In this document: piece after piece, positions 1 through 12,900 of the stretch | Position numbering within the stretch: position 1 is the stretch's first letter | Layout of the letters: the number at the start of each line of letters is the position of its first letter | Assembly (NCBI GenBank): GCA_001244265.2 | Contig: CDLV01000011.1 | Coordinates: 62,001 to 126,000, forward strand | DNA length: 64,000 nucleotides | DNA from: Microbotryum violaceum | Taxonomy: Eukaryota | Direction of reading: 5' to 3' | Notes under the pieces: generated by a model | The model's database searches: none | The model's input: the letters and a program-made list of their open reading frames with translations, nothing else | Told to the model about the DNA's origin: nothing | Made by a program: the position numbers and the translations under genes

Positions 1-48
1 TTATCTCGGGTACGACCGATGACGAGGAAGGAGCAAGATCGTGAGGGT

Positions 49-141
49 GGGTGACGTCTGCGCGACCCGTGGGTCCTGCTCTGTGGGTGACTTAAGGTCA
101 CTTATTAGGGTGATTTATTAGGGTGACTTGGGGGTGACTTG
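49..141. repeat. Cluster of GGGTGA(C/T) motifs, mostly GGGTGA(C/T)TT (~11-13 bp periodicity)
   Basis: GGGTGAC at 49, 85, 121 and 132, GGGTGAT at 108, GGTCAC at 96; TTATTAGGGTGA occurs twice in tandem. Confidence 0.6.
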
Positions 142-289
142 CCCGTTTGCCAAAAGGCGACGAACGGGAGCGAACGGGCGAGAACACGCGCGCCGAGCGA
201 GTCGAAAGGCGAGTACGGTGTGAATTATTAATTACTCCCTCTTGTTAGAACCAACTATTTTCGCTCGGAACTTCGAAAGGTTTGCTTTA

Positions 290-1290
290 CGCGCCTTCCC
301 ACGCCAACAAACCCCCCGTTTTCCATATCTTTCGTTCCAACTCGAGCAGCCTCAGGTGTCCCACTCGCGGCGATCTCCATACCCATTCAATCTCGGAGGC
401 GGCGAGATCAACGCCTACTAGCCCAGTGGTGCTGGTGGTGCTGGTGGTGCTGGCGGTGCTGGAGGTCCTGTTGGTGCTGGTACTGGCGGTCCTGGTGGTG
501 CCGATGCTGGCGGTGCAGACGGTGCCGCTGGTGCGAGTGCGAACGCGGAGTCTGGTGGTGGGGCACGCCTGCAAGACCTAATGGCCTCTTTCGGTCACGA
601 GCTCTACAGTATTTTCCAGGCGGGAGCACCGGACTCCCATTAGAAGTCCTTCAGTTCCTACACCGTCACCACGTCCCACTTGGTTTCGGCCTACACGGAC
701 TCGCCGGTTACGGTCTCATCGGACTTGTTTGACATCGCGTCCAACCGGGCCAGATCAGCAGCGATCCCCGTCGCGAACCTGTCCCCCGTGCGGCCGTCTT
801 TCCTCTACAGACATTTCTTCATCAAGCATAAATCCTACGGAACCTTCTCAACGGGAAACGGCTTTTCCTGTTCATATGGTTTTAAGATGCTTCTTCGTCG
901 GCGAGAGTCCCTAGGTCGGCTTTGGACAAGCCCTCCGCTTTTCCTTCTATCACAGGTTTACGTGCGGCCTTGACCGGTTTCGTTACGCCCGTCAACCTTG
1001 ATTGGTCTGATCGATGGCACTCGGCAGTGGACCGCCACGCCAGCACTGCGCTCCAGGATTCCCACCACCACCCAATCGCTTCCCACCCACCTGCCCAACT
1101 CGTCGGCTCGCACCCCATCGACGGCGGCGCGCGGGCCTAATCTCGCACCCTCTCATCCGCCATGGCCGTCATCGACACTACGGCACTCGACTTGCGCGCA
1201 CTCGATTGTTGCAAAGCATCGTCGAGGTGCAATATGCCTAGTAGGCCGTAGGCCTCGCGTGCATGTCTTATTTGTCCTGGTTGAGTCTTG
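290..1290 (+). pseudogene. Decayed coding sequence of unknown family with a Gly/Ala-rich repeat (unit A)
   Basis: Frame +2 reads ...NLGGGEINAY*PSGAGGAGGAGGAGGPVGAGTGG...APDSH*KSFSSY... and continues in frame into ORF 680-973. Third-position variation (GGT/GGC/GGA) marks the Gly frame as the coding one. In-frame TAG stops at 419 and 641. The 3' end is homologous to 1311-1453 inverted. Confidence 0.4.
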
Positions 1291-1453
1291 TCGTGGTTGA
1301 TAGTCGCGACGAAAAAGCCAGACAAGACTCAACCTGGACGATCAAGAAAAGGGCGCGATGACTTCGGCTTACTAGGCATTTTTCGGGCGTTGACGATGCT
1401 TTTCAAACAATCGAGTTCGCGCAAGTCGAGTACCGCAGTGTCGATGACGGCCA
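1163..1453. repeat. Imperfect inverted repeat (~145-bp arms) centred on GTCGCGAC 1303-1310
   Basis: TGGCCGTCATCGACACTACGGCACTCGACTTGCGCGCACTCGATTGTT... at 1163 matches the reverse complement of ...AACAATCGAGTTCGCGCAAGTCGAGTACCGCAGTGTCGATGACGGCCA ending at 1453. ORFs 1137-1325(-) and 1288-1524(+) give near-identical peptides. Confidence 0.9.
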
Positions 1454-1811
1454 CGATAGAGCAGAGTATACGAAGCGACAATTCTTCGCGCAAATGGGCA
1501 AACCTCGACATTCGAAGGCGATGAACTAGTCCTTCCTAGAAGCGCCGTCCAAGTACGAGGCCAAGGTCCCCAAGCTCACGAGAAAACTGAGGACGGTGTG
1601 TGCGATGGAAGACATGGCTGAGGCGATCAGGGATGTGGTGAGTGTCCTGGTGCCATCGCTTGGCCTCGACCGTACGAGAATGACTGACGACTGTCTCCCG
1701 ATCCACGATGCACCTGGCTGTAGACTGGCGATCGACGTCTAGTCGGATGTGACAACTTGGGTAGGTATATCGAGCTCGAGCCCCGATTGCGCGGAGCAGA
1801 AGAAGACGCCC

Positions 1812-2438
1812 GATGCCGTCAGGCTTAGTCCCTCGGTGTCGGTACGCGACGCGGCGGGCATCTTGCGACGTAGTGCGATGGCATCGTCGAGGCGGGATTG
1901 CTCGACTCATGCGACTCTCATAGCATACTCGGCGGCAGGGGTAGGCGATGCTGACGTGATCGGGGCGATCGTTCTGGGGTCGACAGGTACGTGTCGTGCG
2001 GTGACGCGGAAAGCGGAGGTGGCGCAATCAAGGCAGCTTCAATATCGAAAGAGGAGCTCCTGGATCTCGAGTTCTCGGATTTCGCCGAGCTCGGACTCGA
2101 AGTCGTGGGGCGCGTGGTGGGAGAAACTTGCCCGAGACGACGAAAGTCCCGAAAACGCCGTCGACCTCGTTCATCGAGGCCAGCAGGTCCTCTTCCGACG
2201 CCGAAGCTGCCCGGGTCGCACCACCTACGCTCTCCGTCACCGCACGACACCCGCCTGTTGACCCCCAAGTTGATCACTCCGCACGTCGACCTCGCCTACC
2301 CTTGCCGCCAAGTACGCAATGACCGTCGCATGGGTATTTCGATCTCGCCTCGATGATGCCATCGTACTACGTCGCAAGCTGCACGCCGTGTCACGTACCG
2401 ATACCGACGCCAAGAGACCAAGCCTCAGCGCCGGCATC
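1812..2438. repeat. Diverged inverted repeat (arms 1812-2070 and 2174-2438, ~100-bp spacer)
   Basis: Arms align along their length. Outward-reading peptides YAMRVA*VEQSRLDDAIALRRKMPAASRTDT (-) and YAMTVAWVFRSRLDDAIVLRRKLHAVSRTDT (+) differ by several synonymous changes. Confidence 0.85.
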
Positions 2439-3442
2439 TACTGTGGCGAGTTCCGCACGTTTTTGACCTTCCTCAGCGACGATATGACAGACCATGGCGA
2501 CGTGCAGGGCCCTCCGACACTGGCACCTCACCGCATCGGACCTCAAGACGATCGTCGAACACCTCCCATCGCAAGTGCACCTCGACAAGCTTTCAATCCT
2601 CTACGCCGTCAACGCCACATCGGGCTCACTTGCAGCCGCCAACGAGACGGATGAGACGCTAACTGCCCCTTGCTTTCACAAACTCTAAATTTTTGAAGAG
2701 TTATCGAGCAGGCGCAGCAAGCCGAGGTTCGGCCGCGCACTCGAAGGCGATGTCAGCATCGGCTGCGCTGATGGGAGGCACTTGACGCTCAGCATGGAGG
2801 ATTTCCCGGGATGGTGTCAAGGAGAGCTGCCACAAAGCGCCGCATCGCTTTGCACCTTGTCGCTGGCCCAATTTTTTGAGGCAGCGCGGTCTCATTCCAA
2901 TCTATGCCTCGTCGCTTGATCTTTGACGAATTTACTCCCGAGTCAGTCGATGCGCTCCTTTTGCTCGCGGTTCCGATCGCGCGCTTCTGCTGGTGTGGTT
3001 CTTGCAATGTATGCTAAATGTGACGGTGACTTGAAATTGTGTGCAAACCCGGAGAGATGCATGCGCGTTCCTGAAGGCATATCTCTCGTTACATGTACCG
3101 AGCTCGTGTGTCTACAAATAATCACTACATCAGAAACTTCTGGCCAGATCCGAGAACAGCTTCGCCTGGGTATAACGTTCAGTTGCATATAAAGATTGAT
3201 CTTGAACGTTCGAGATGACCAGCACTCGACCGAGGCAGGATGCTCAATTCTCCGCTCCTCAAATCGAATGCCCCAGTCACCAGCCCGAGTCCGCCCTGCT
3301 CAGCGCTCACCGGCTCAGCACAGACGCGCAACTCGTCAGCGACGGCTAGTCGATCGCGCCGTAGCTCCTCTTTCTCTGTCGGACCACCCACTCCTCACAT
3401 CACAGCTTGGTTGATCAGGTGGATTCGCACCCTACGACGACG

Positions 3443-6400
3443 ATGGGAGCTCACTCGAACGAGCTGCCGGCTGTTCCGGAGGTGCACTTCTCGATCGTCG
3501 ACAGCGAGGCGTTGCTGCCCCCGCACGTCGACAACAAGCTGCTCGAGGACTTTGGCTTCAACGACGGCAAGCCATGGACCCTCATCCCGTCTGGAACCAT
3601 TCCGGTGGCAGCTCATCCCTCCCTTGAACCGGTCGCCTCTACCTCTGGATCCGCTACCGAAGCCGTGGCGTCGACCTCGACCGCGCCGGCGACGACGACG
3701 ACCAACTTGGACGGTGCGACGGCGAGCAATGGCCTCACTTTTGAGCCGACCCACGACTCGAGATATCTCAGATGGCTGCGTGCGTCGTCTTGTTATCCGA
3801 TCGGGCGTCTTGCTTGATTCGGACCTGACGGTATAGTACTCCGCATTGCTCGTGACGTGACTCAACGCCGTGCTGCCGCCACCCCACAGAACCCATGGAA
3901 TCAGAGCTCGCCCATCAGGTCGAATACGATATGGACGAGCAAGGTCAGCCCAGCTCAAGAAGATCGTCGTGGAATGACCCGCTGAAAGGATCCCTGTTGG
4001 CTTGTGTTATCATAGACCAGGTCTGGCTGGACGGCATCAACGCCTCGCGCAAGGTCGAGGGAGCAGGGCCCGTCTCGTACGAGATCTTTGAGATCATCGT
4101 CGACAAGCTCGAAAAAGAGTGGTTCGATCTGGTATGTTGTCTGCTCTCGTCGCGGATAAGCACACAGCAGGCTCAACTGAGATACTCGGGCTCCTTCGCA
4201 ACTCAATCTCCAGATGAAGTCGATCCCCAAAAAGCCCAACCCGTTGCTCGACACCGACAGCAAGTGCGCCATTTGTGATGACGGAGAATGCGAAAATTCG
4301 AACGCGATCGTCTTTTGTGATGGTTGCAACCTCGCCGTCCACCAAGGTTGGTTTGTCCCTGCCCCACGTTGAACCCGATCCCCACTTGAGAAGCTGACTC
4401 CACCATCCCTCTCGGTAGACTGCTATGGCGTGCCTTACATCCCCGAAGGCCAATGGCTGTGTCGAAAATGTACCGTCTCGCCCGACAAACCAGTCCGCTG
4501 CGTATTGTGCCCCAATTCGTACGGCGCATTCAAGCAGACGACAACGGCGCACTGGGCCCACCTGCTGTGCGCGATCTGGATCCCCGATACGGGCGTGAGC
4601 AATACAGTATACATGGAACCTATTGATGGAATCGAAAACATTTCGAAAAGTCGATGGAAGCTTGTGAGTGTTTTTTTGCCCCCGTTGCACATTTTTTTGC
4701 CCCCGAGGACGTTGCGCCGAGCCTCTCCTCTCACTTCGCGCAGATCTGCTCTCTCTGTCGACAACGCGTCGGCGCCTGCATCCAATGTGCGAATCGCAAC
4801 TGCTTCACTGCCTTCCACGTCACATGCGCTCGTGATCATGGTCTAGAACTCAAGATGAAACAGCAGACGGGAACCGGCGAGTTGAAGGCCTACTGCGAGA
4901 AGCACAGCGGGGTAAGTGGACGCTCCCATGTACTACCTGTTCCGCGCGGGACATTAAAGCTGACCTTTGCTTTCAATGCAGGGTTTCACTGCTGGCTCCG
5001 TCACCCCACTCGGAACATGTCGTGATCGACCTGGTCGAGCATCCCTCGGCGCACACGCTCCTTCACTTTCTACGTCTTTACAAGTCGTCCTAGCGAACCC
5101 GAAAGCTACCTCAATGTCCACCAAAACCCAACGCGCGTACAAGAAGAGTTACACTTCTGGTCCACCCCTCGTTCCGTCCTATATACTCGATCGAGTCAAC
5201 ACGTACGTCTCGAGGATCAAGATTGCGAATAAGCGCCAATTCATGAATCAACTGTGTCGGTATTGGAGCTTGAAACGCGAATCAAGGAGGGGCGCACCTT
5301 TATTGAAGAGACTGCATCTCGAGGTGAGGTTTTGATCATCGAGGTAGAGATGACCGGAACCCATTTGGCTCATTCTCGAAACGTCGTGCCTCTTTTTTTT
5401 ACAGCCTTGGACCGCCTCTGCTTCGACGCGACAACAATCTGATGTGGAACGAGCGAAGAAACTTGAATTGATGCGACTCTTACGCGAGGATTTGGAGAAC
5501 GTTCGTATGTTGACCGAACGCGTTCGAAAACGTGAGCGTAAGAAGCTCGAACGTGCGCAACTCTTGAGTCGGTTCGTGGAACAGCACGTCTTTGCGAGGG
5601 AGGTCGTTATGGGTGATTTCATTCGTAGGGTTTCAGAGTGAGTCAAAGGGATGGAATACGGTGTGGGGAGAGTTATATAAATTGATACGATCTCGCGACA
5701 CTTTTCATAGACTTGACAAACATCGATTCTTCGCCAAACCCGTCTCACGCCGCGATGCACCCGATTATTACGACATCGTCAAGAACCCAATGGACTTTTC
5801 CCAAATGACGGACAAGTTAGCCCGTCGCGAATACCCCAGTGCCGAATCACTACTCGTCGATTTTCACCTCATTTTCGATAACGCGTTCTTGTACAATAAA
5901 AAGGAATCGACCGTACATCGAGCCGCTTCCAAATTGTTGGAAGTTTCCAAGTCGCTCGTTGAGGATTTGAAGAGGTTGGATGATCCGATGAGTGATGAGA
6001 ATATTTTGGGGAGGTATTTGGACCTCGTTTTGACTGATGAGGTCGTTGATGCGTTGTTCGAATTCGATCCGGCCAAGGAGGAGGAGGGTAAAGGGGTGGC
6101 GGATATCGTTATGCAGTTGCTGCCGACTGAAGCGGATCCGGCTGTTCAGGAAACGAGGAAGGATGCGATGGGAGAAGGCGCTACGACCGAGGAGGTCGAC
6201 ACGACGACTGCGACGCAGGCGGTAGACGATGCAATCATTTCGCCGACAACGAGCGCAGCAGCGCAGTCGATCGTTCCCACACCAGCGACCAAAACCACGC
6301 TAAACGATGATCACAGCGCAGTCGCCGTCGAAGCCGAAGCCGAAGCGCTTGCCCAAGTTAATCCGTTACCGAACCCCGCGACGAAGGGTCCCAGCACCAG

Positions 6401-8390
6401 GGAGGATGTCGTAATTGAGGAGACTGCGGCACTTCCCTATCCTGCGCCGCATTCGACTGAACCTACACCTTCTTCGACTCGAACTAGTTTGAGTGTAGCC
6501 TTACCCGCACAGGCGACGGAGGAGGTTGTTCTCGTATCTTTGAAGAAGGCTCTGGGTCGGAAGAGGGCGATTTCACCGATCAAAACGACCTCGCCAAACA
6601 AGGCGGCGGCGTCGTCGACCAAGGTCGCTCCTCCTACGAAGTCGAATGCTCCGAAGAGCAGTGCCAGGGATGAAACGATCTCCAAGACGGCAACCAAGTC
6701 GACTATCACCGAACCTACGAACTTCGAGGCAGTCGTCGAAGAAACTCGCGAGGTGGCCGGACCCAGCGCGATAGTTGCTATGGATGTTAATCCGCCCGAG
6801 CCCGCGGCGGAAAAGCCAACCTCGGATCGTCCCATCGTCGAAGCTGCCTCAACGCCAACTTTAACTGTAGCCGTGACGCGCGAGATCGGTAAAGCTCGTT
6901 CAACGACACCGCCCCCACTTTTCTCCGAAGATTCGACGATGAGTGAATTGTCCTCCGTTTTATCCTCAGCGGTATCCGAGGATTCGCCCTCGGTGGAATT
7001 CAAGGATGCGGAAAGTGATTTCGAGAGAGAAGTTGAGGACGTTGATAATATGAGATCGTTCAAGATGTTCGATTCGGGTTGGGTCTTACCTGAAGGATCT
7101 TCGAGGAAGGCTAAGAATGCTATCATTGAGAAGGGGAAGGGTGGACAGAATACGGTATCTGATGATGTTGAGGAGAAGAGAAAGGGAAAGGAGAAGAAGA
7201 AGGAGAACACGAATGAAAAGGGGCCGGTAAAAGGTAAGGGTAAAGCGAAGGAAGTCGAAACAAAGGCGCAGGAGCAGTCCGACCCGGACGCGCCTCCGAA
7301 GAAGAAAAGAGGCAGACCTCGCAAGATCCCGATTGAGGAGGTTCAAGAGCCCAAAGTTGAACCCGCACCGCAACCCGCAACTGCAACCGCACCGGTGCAG
7401 CCTCCCAAGTCGACCGGGCTCGAGTCGACCTCACTCGATACACCAAAGAAGGCCTTGGGGCCTCCGCAAGCACCGCCGACACTCGCCGAACCTACAGACG
7501 ATGCAGCAGCGGAGGGCGGCGACGATCAGGCCAAAGAATCGACCACAACAGGCGCGACCGCGAAGAAGGCGAGACCACCCGCCAAGATCCATGGAACCTT
7601 GTCGATTGCCTCGACTGTTCGCCGCGTCGAAGTCGAAATGGCGAGCAAGGGCTTACCCGCCGTGCCCAATCCAGCTGCGGTGAAAAAAGAGGATGCGGTT
7701 CGTATTGAAGCATTCGAGACGAATCTGGCACGTGTCGAACGTTCCTCGCTCGTCACCGCCGACACGCAACTAAAGGAAGGTGATCTCGTTTGGGCCAGAT
7801 CGCCCGGATTCCCCTTCTTCCCTGCCGAGGTCCTCGACTACCCTTTCACTACTCCCGAAACGCGAGAGCAGATGCGGAGTCATCGCCCCAAGGATGCCGA
7901 AGCGGACGAGCTCGTTCCAATTCTCTTCTTTGACCCGTATCGTACCTCGAGATGGGCCAAAAGGGACGACTTGAGGCTCCTCGGTATGAACGACGAGTTC
8001 GACGCGATGTTGGCAACGTACGATGCGAGTTTGAGGTTGATCTTTAGGAGGAAGATGAGCAATGCGCATCCTACGGCGGTTAAGCTTGCTGAAGAGATTG
8101 GGGAGGCGCTGAGGTGGGCGAGGGCGATCAAGTCGGGGTCGGCGGAGGCGAGGAAGATGGCGCGGGTCGGCAAATCCAAGGAGGAATTACGAAATGGCGA
8201 GGGAGAAGAAGATGCTGCAGAGGATGAAGACACGGTGGGGCTGACCGATCCCGAGACGAAGAGGAGGACCACTAGATCGACGTCAATGTCAGCGTCGACT
8301 GCAGGCAGGAAACGAACACTCATCGAGAGGGATGAGGCTGATCATGAAGAATCGTCAAGGCGCCCTGCGACAAAGAAGACCAAAGTGTAG
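3443..8390 (+). CDS. NTO1: NuA3 histone acetyltransferase scaffold Nto1/BRPF-like (EPc, PHD-Zn knuckle-PHD, bromodomain, PWWP); multi-exon
   Basis: VEYDMDEQD and [15 protein letters not shown] (EPc); [45 protein letters not shown] (PHD); [61 protein letters not shown] (bromo); [18 protein letters not shown] (PWWP). Start could instead be ATG 3240 via an intron at 3335-3405. Confidence 0.92.
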
Positions 8391-8875
8391 AGTCAAAAAT
8401 GGCCATTGAGCCTGTTGTATTTACCCGCACTCGTCGTTTTGCAATCATCAAACTTCCTTCATCACCAATGAGCCCTCGTTACCCAGATCTCGCTCATTAA
8501 TCATCCTGAGCCTCGAATCGAGCTGGCCCAGTGCATCGGATGTTGCAAATGCCGCATGCCCTGGTGTGCCTGCAGCGACCGCTTGGGCATCAGTGTTTTG
8601 ATACTTCAGTTGAGTCGTTTGTGTAGTACTTAAGCCGTGCTACAAAGTATCGCACCGGCATCGAAGCGTCCCGAATCCCCGAGCGGAAAACCTTCTTTCA
8701 CGCCTATGGAGATCACTTCAACCGCGAAACAGGTCAGTCCAGCTACGCAGAAGTATATGTCGTGTTGAATGTCAGAATATTGTGGATTTCGTAAAATTGA
8801 GCTGCTGGCTCGCGAGGCTCGGGCGTTGCCGAACTCTCGAAGCTCCTGAGAGTCGGCGCGGCCGGAGCGGTGATG

Positions 8876-8919
8876 TCGATCTCTGAGTTCTCATCGATCT
8901 CTGAGTTCTTATCGATCTC
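8876..8919. repeat. 18-bp tandem repeat x2.5
   Basis: TCGATCTCTGAGTTCTCA / TCGATCTCTGAGTTCTTA / TCGATCTC. Confidence 0.85.
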
Positions 8920-9940
8920 GCGCCTCTGGGCCGATGTTCAACTGCACCTATGGCGATGTTATCATCTTGGGGCATGGTACGCAAAGCCGTAGTTGCAATA
9001 CCGGAAAGACTGCATAGGATGAAAGCACGTCGGTAGTGGACACGAGCCCACTGTACGGCAGTGCGACCGATGGGGGTGAGAAAAAAAATTGAAACGAAGG
9101 GCAGAGTGAGCAGACCAAATTTTACCGGCTACAGTCTTGATGTTTGCCGAACTACCGGGTAAGATAGTTCCCGCAATTCGGCTACTTGGGACATCACGGT
9201 GAAGATGGCATACACGGTCGAGCAGGTGGGTTTCCCGGCTGAATTATCGAACGCACGCAATCGCAATTGTGTGAGTGCGAAAACTTAGCCGCTGTGTTCC
9301 ACGTCTCGCGGCGGCTCGGCCGTCGGAGGTTCACTAATCGTACCGCCGCGGAGTAGGTCTGCTTCAGAAGGTGAGCGCGAGCACACCGAATAAAGGATGC
9401 CAGCGAATTCACTGTTATCGACCCTCAAATTCCGTCGACACCATTCGAACTCTTTCAGCTCTGCTCGCAACTGCTCGGCTTCTACCGAGCTCTAGCTTTT
9501 ATTGGGTAGATCTCAATAACAGTATAATCATATTGACACCTAGAGACCTTTGGAAAAGTCGGAGGGAATGCAGTTAAGCACACTGGCTCCAGTATTGTGG
9601 GACTCATCAACCCTGAATCAGAATCATACCCACTAAAACCTCCTTGGGTGATTTACAGAGACACATGGCGACTCTTGGACTAGCTTGGACTCCTGAATAG
9701 ACACCCGGAGCTCCTCGAGTGCCGTTTTGGTGATCGGTTCACCAAAAGATCCGACGAGAATCGGCGGCGGCGAGAGAGTTTCCAGATCGAAAGAGTTTAC
9801 AGATCGAGTGGAAGAAGAGGAGATATAGCTCGATAAGTCGGCGTTCTCTAGCGCCGTTTCGATCGGGGTTCAATTGCCCGCACCGACCACTTCACGCTCT
9901 TGCCTTCAAGTTGTTCGTCCCTTACCCACCCTTGGTAGCG

Positions 9941-12900
9941 ATGACGACGCCGGCGCAGCACCTGCAGCACGCCGCGGCTATGGCGGCTGCCAACACGGGC
10001 ATGTTTGGCATGGCATTGCCGTCCAGCTCGTCCGGCTCCGTCCCATCCGCCGCCGCCACGGCCTCGACGTCAGCGGCGCACGGCAACAGCAGCACCGGCG
10101 ACGGCGGCGGGCAGTCTGCCCCCCCACCTGCGATACCCCTCTCGGGTCCATCGACGTCGACGTCGCACCCCGTAGGCGCCCCGTCAACCCAATCCGGCGC
10201 CGGGCAGAGGCGAACACCGCTCAAAGCCCAAGCACCCAACAAGGCTTCGGCTTCCAACAATAAGAAGGACAAGGGTGACAAGAAGACGAGGTCGAGGCTC
10301 GCTTGTGAGAGTTCCAGACTGGACCGTGGTCCTCACGCTTAGCCTACGCGAGGCCCTGTAATGATGTGCCAACAGCAGCGCGCGATCAGACTCAAGCTCA
10401 CCCTTCCACTCTTGCTTTTCTAGGTCTGGCTTGCAAGAGCACCAAACAAAAATGCGATGGACCTTCACGAGGTGAGCGGTGCCTTTGACGCGTCAATGCG
10501 TCGACCTTGTCTGCCTCAGCCTCAAATGGGCAGCGCGCGCTTAGCCCCGCCTGCCAACGCATTGGCACCCGTTCCGAAGCCACTCGCTGCAAGTTTCGGC
10601 ACGGACTTGTCGGAGCAATCCGCCTTTTCGGCTAGCTCGGCCCCTGGCACTAGCCGGTCTCAGTTCATCCGCAGAGACCGCGAAATTGACCCCGCGTCTC
10701 CTCTCTTGATTGCGAACCACACAGTGCCGTGTCGCAGGTGCGAACTGTGAGTCACGTCTTGTCCCAGGTTTGACTCGCCTGTCTCGGCCCGGTTTACGTC
10801 AGCGCGCGCGCGCCAACTCTCTGACGCTGGCCTGCATCTCCTTTGTTGACAGCTATGGCCTCGAATGCAAGTTCCCTCCCAGCGCCGGGGTTGTAGCAAC
10901 AACCATCACCTCAAGCTCAGGAGTACTCGATGGCTCGGCCCCAATCGCGATCAAAAAGTTCGACGAGATCGCCGCGCGACTACGAAACATCGAGGCCGCG
11001 CTCAACATCACGTCCACCTACCCCGCGGAGGGCTATTCGCCAATGAATGCGACCGATTCGCGATCACCCTCCCGGAGATCTGCCTCTCCAGCGTCGTCCG
11101 ACGGGCTCGCTACGGCAGATGAGCTCGACAAGGAGAAGGCCAACCCGATACATGAGATCAACGACAGCATTGACATGATCGTGGGCAAAGTGCAGGCCAG
11201 AGCCGGCGACGGCGGTATCGCCGAGAGTGGATTGGACGACTACGGGGCGCCCGACGTGGTCAACCGGAGCACGTTGACCCAACACGAGTGTCAGGAACTG
11301 TTTGACTTCTTCTTCTGCTCGATCCACCCCTGGGTCATGATGCTCTCGCTGGACGAGGACCGCGACGCGATGGGTGTGCGATCACGCTCGTCGCTGCTTT
11401 TCCATACAATCCTTTGCCTCGCCACTTCGTTCTCGTCGCCCTTTCCTTCAGCGCTGCACACAACCTTGGTCTGCTACGTCAACTCCATCCTCGCACCGCA
11501 GATCCTCAACCCGCAACCGCACGAGTTGACAACTGACTTTTTGCGAGCAATGGACCTGTTGAATCTGTACAAGCCGACGCAGTTTTCAACCCGCCGGGCC
11601 GAAGGCAAGGACGTCGCCGAATCGATGCGGGCCAGCAAAGTCAACGGCCTCGCGTCTTGGATGCTACAAGGCATTCTCGCTCGGTCGGCCGAGAGGCTTG
11701 ATCTCGCCAGCTCCTTGTCAAGGTTCTCGCGGGCCTACTCCGCAAGCGCGTCAGGGATAGCGATCCCCAAGCGGTTGCTGCGAGACTTGCGTCTATACTA
11801 CTGGCTCTTGTCTAACGACGTCCACGGGAACGTGCAGTCGGGTCGAAGGTGCAACATGGAAGGAGCGGCCGCGCTGACGACGACTCGCCTGTTTTCGTCG
11901 CTTCAACTTCAGCCTTACGATGTCCGTCTAGCTGCTTCGGTCGAGATGTTCGAGGTCGCGCGACCGATCTTACGCTCCTTTTCGTACGAACGCACCCGCC
12001 GCATCGCCCAAGTCGATTTGGACCGTTACAACAGCGGCATGGCTGCATGGGAGGAGTTCTGGCTGCCCATGCTGCAGCAACAGCTCGCTGTCGACCCTTT
12101 GGCAATGAGTGTAATGTGCCCCTTTGCGTGGTTCATCACGCTACAGTTCAACGCGGCGGCTTACGTTTCCTGGAAGGAAAAGCGCTTTTCTTCGACCGAT
12201 TCGACGGATGGTGCCTTCCCGGACCTCAAGCAGGAACCGGGATTGATGGGTGGGGGTGGGGGTGGGCCAGGCGGACCGAAAGCAAAGCGAGCTCGAATCG
12301 AGCCGAAAGGCTTGACACAATGCGAGCACGAGGGCTTGGAACGCTGCGTTCGAGCCGCCGAGGGTCTTTTGTTTACGCTGTGCGAGGAAAGCCGGGTCGT
12401 AGGAGCTTGGAGAACAGTGCAGTGGGGAGGCGCTGAAAGAGCCGATGGGTGGAGCAAACTTACATTGGATCAGTCGATCGTTGAGATGTCGAAGTGGGGA
12501 ATGGACGGTAGGTGACCCGTGCGATCTTCCTTCTCTCCAAGTATCGTAACTGATGAATAGTATCTTACTGTAGCCATCACCTGTGTCGCGTATATCTTCC
12601 CGGCGGTTTTCTTGTGCAAGCTCGTTAACGAGGTAAGTCGTCAGCCAAGATGCATTGGCCGCGCGACTGGACTCGAGCTAATCACTGGTTCTATATAGGG
12701 CATTCTGACTCCCAATTTGGAGCTTTCTCGCAATCCTTCTGTCCAAATCCCATGGCGATATTCTCAAAAATTGCCGCGACTGCTCGAGCTCGGCGCCTCC
12801 TTCCTCGACTCGATAGCATTGAACCCTCATCACCCCGCGCGCGCTCAAGCTCACGTACTTCGGACGCTACTCGAATTGGGAATAAAGGGTGTACCACTCT

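Noticed and set aside
102-127. TTAGGG x2 as telomeric repeat
   Set aside because: Only two non-contiguous copies, embedded in the GGGTGAC array.
282-629. Val/Leu-rich, Thr/Ser-rich and His/Gln-rich ORFs (282-581+, 287-574-, 408-629-)
   Set aside because: Alternative-frame shadows of the Gly/Ala repeat; wobble variation favours the interrupted Gly frame.
6437-7324. Long antisense ORFs (also 26415-27185, 60444-61073, 62906-63625 and others)
   Set aside because: Expected shadows of GC-rich coding sequence on the opposite strand.
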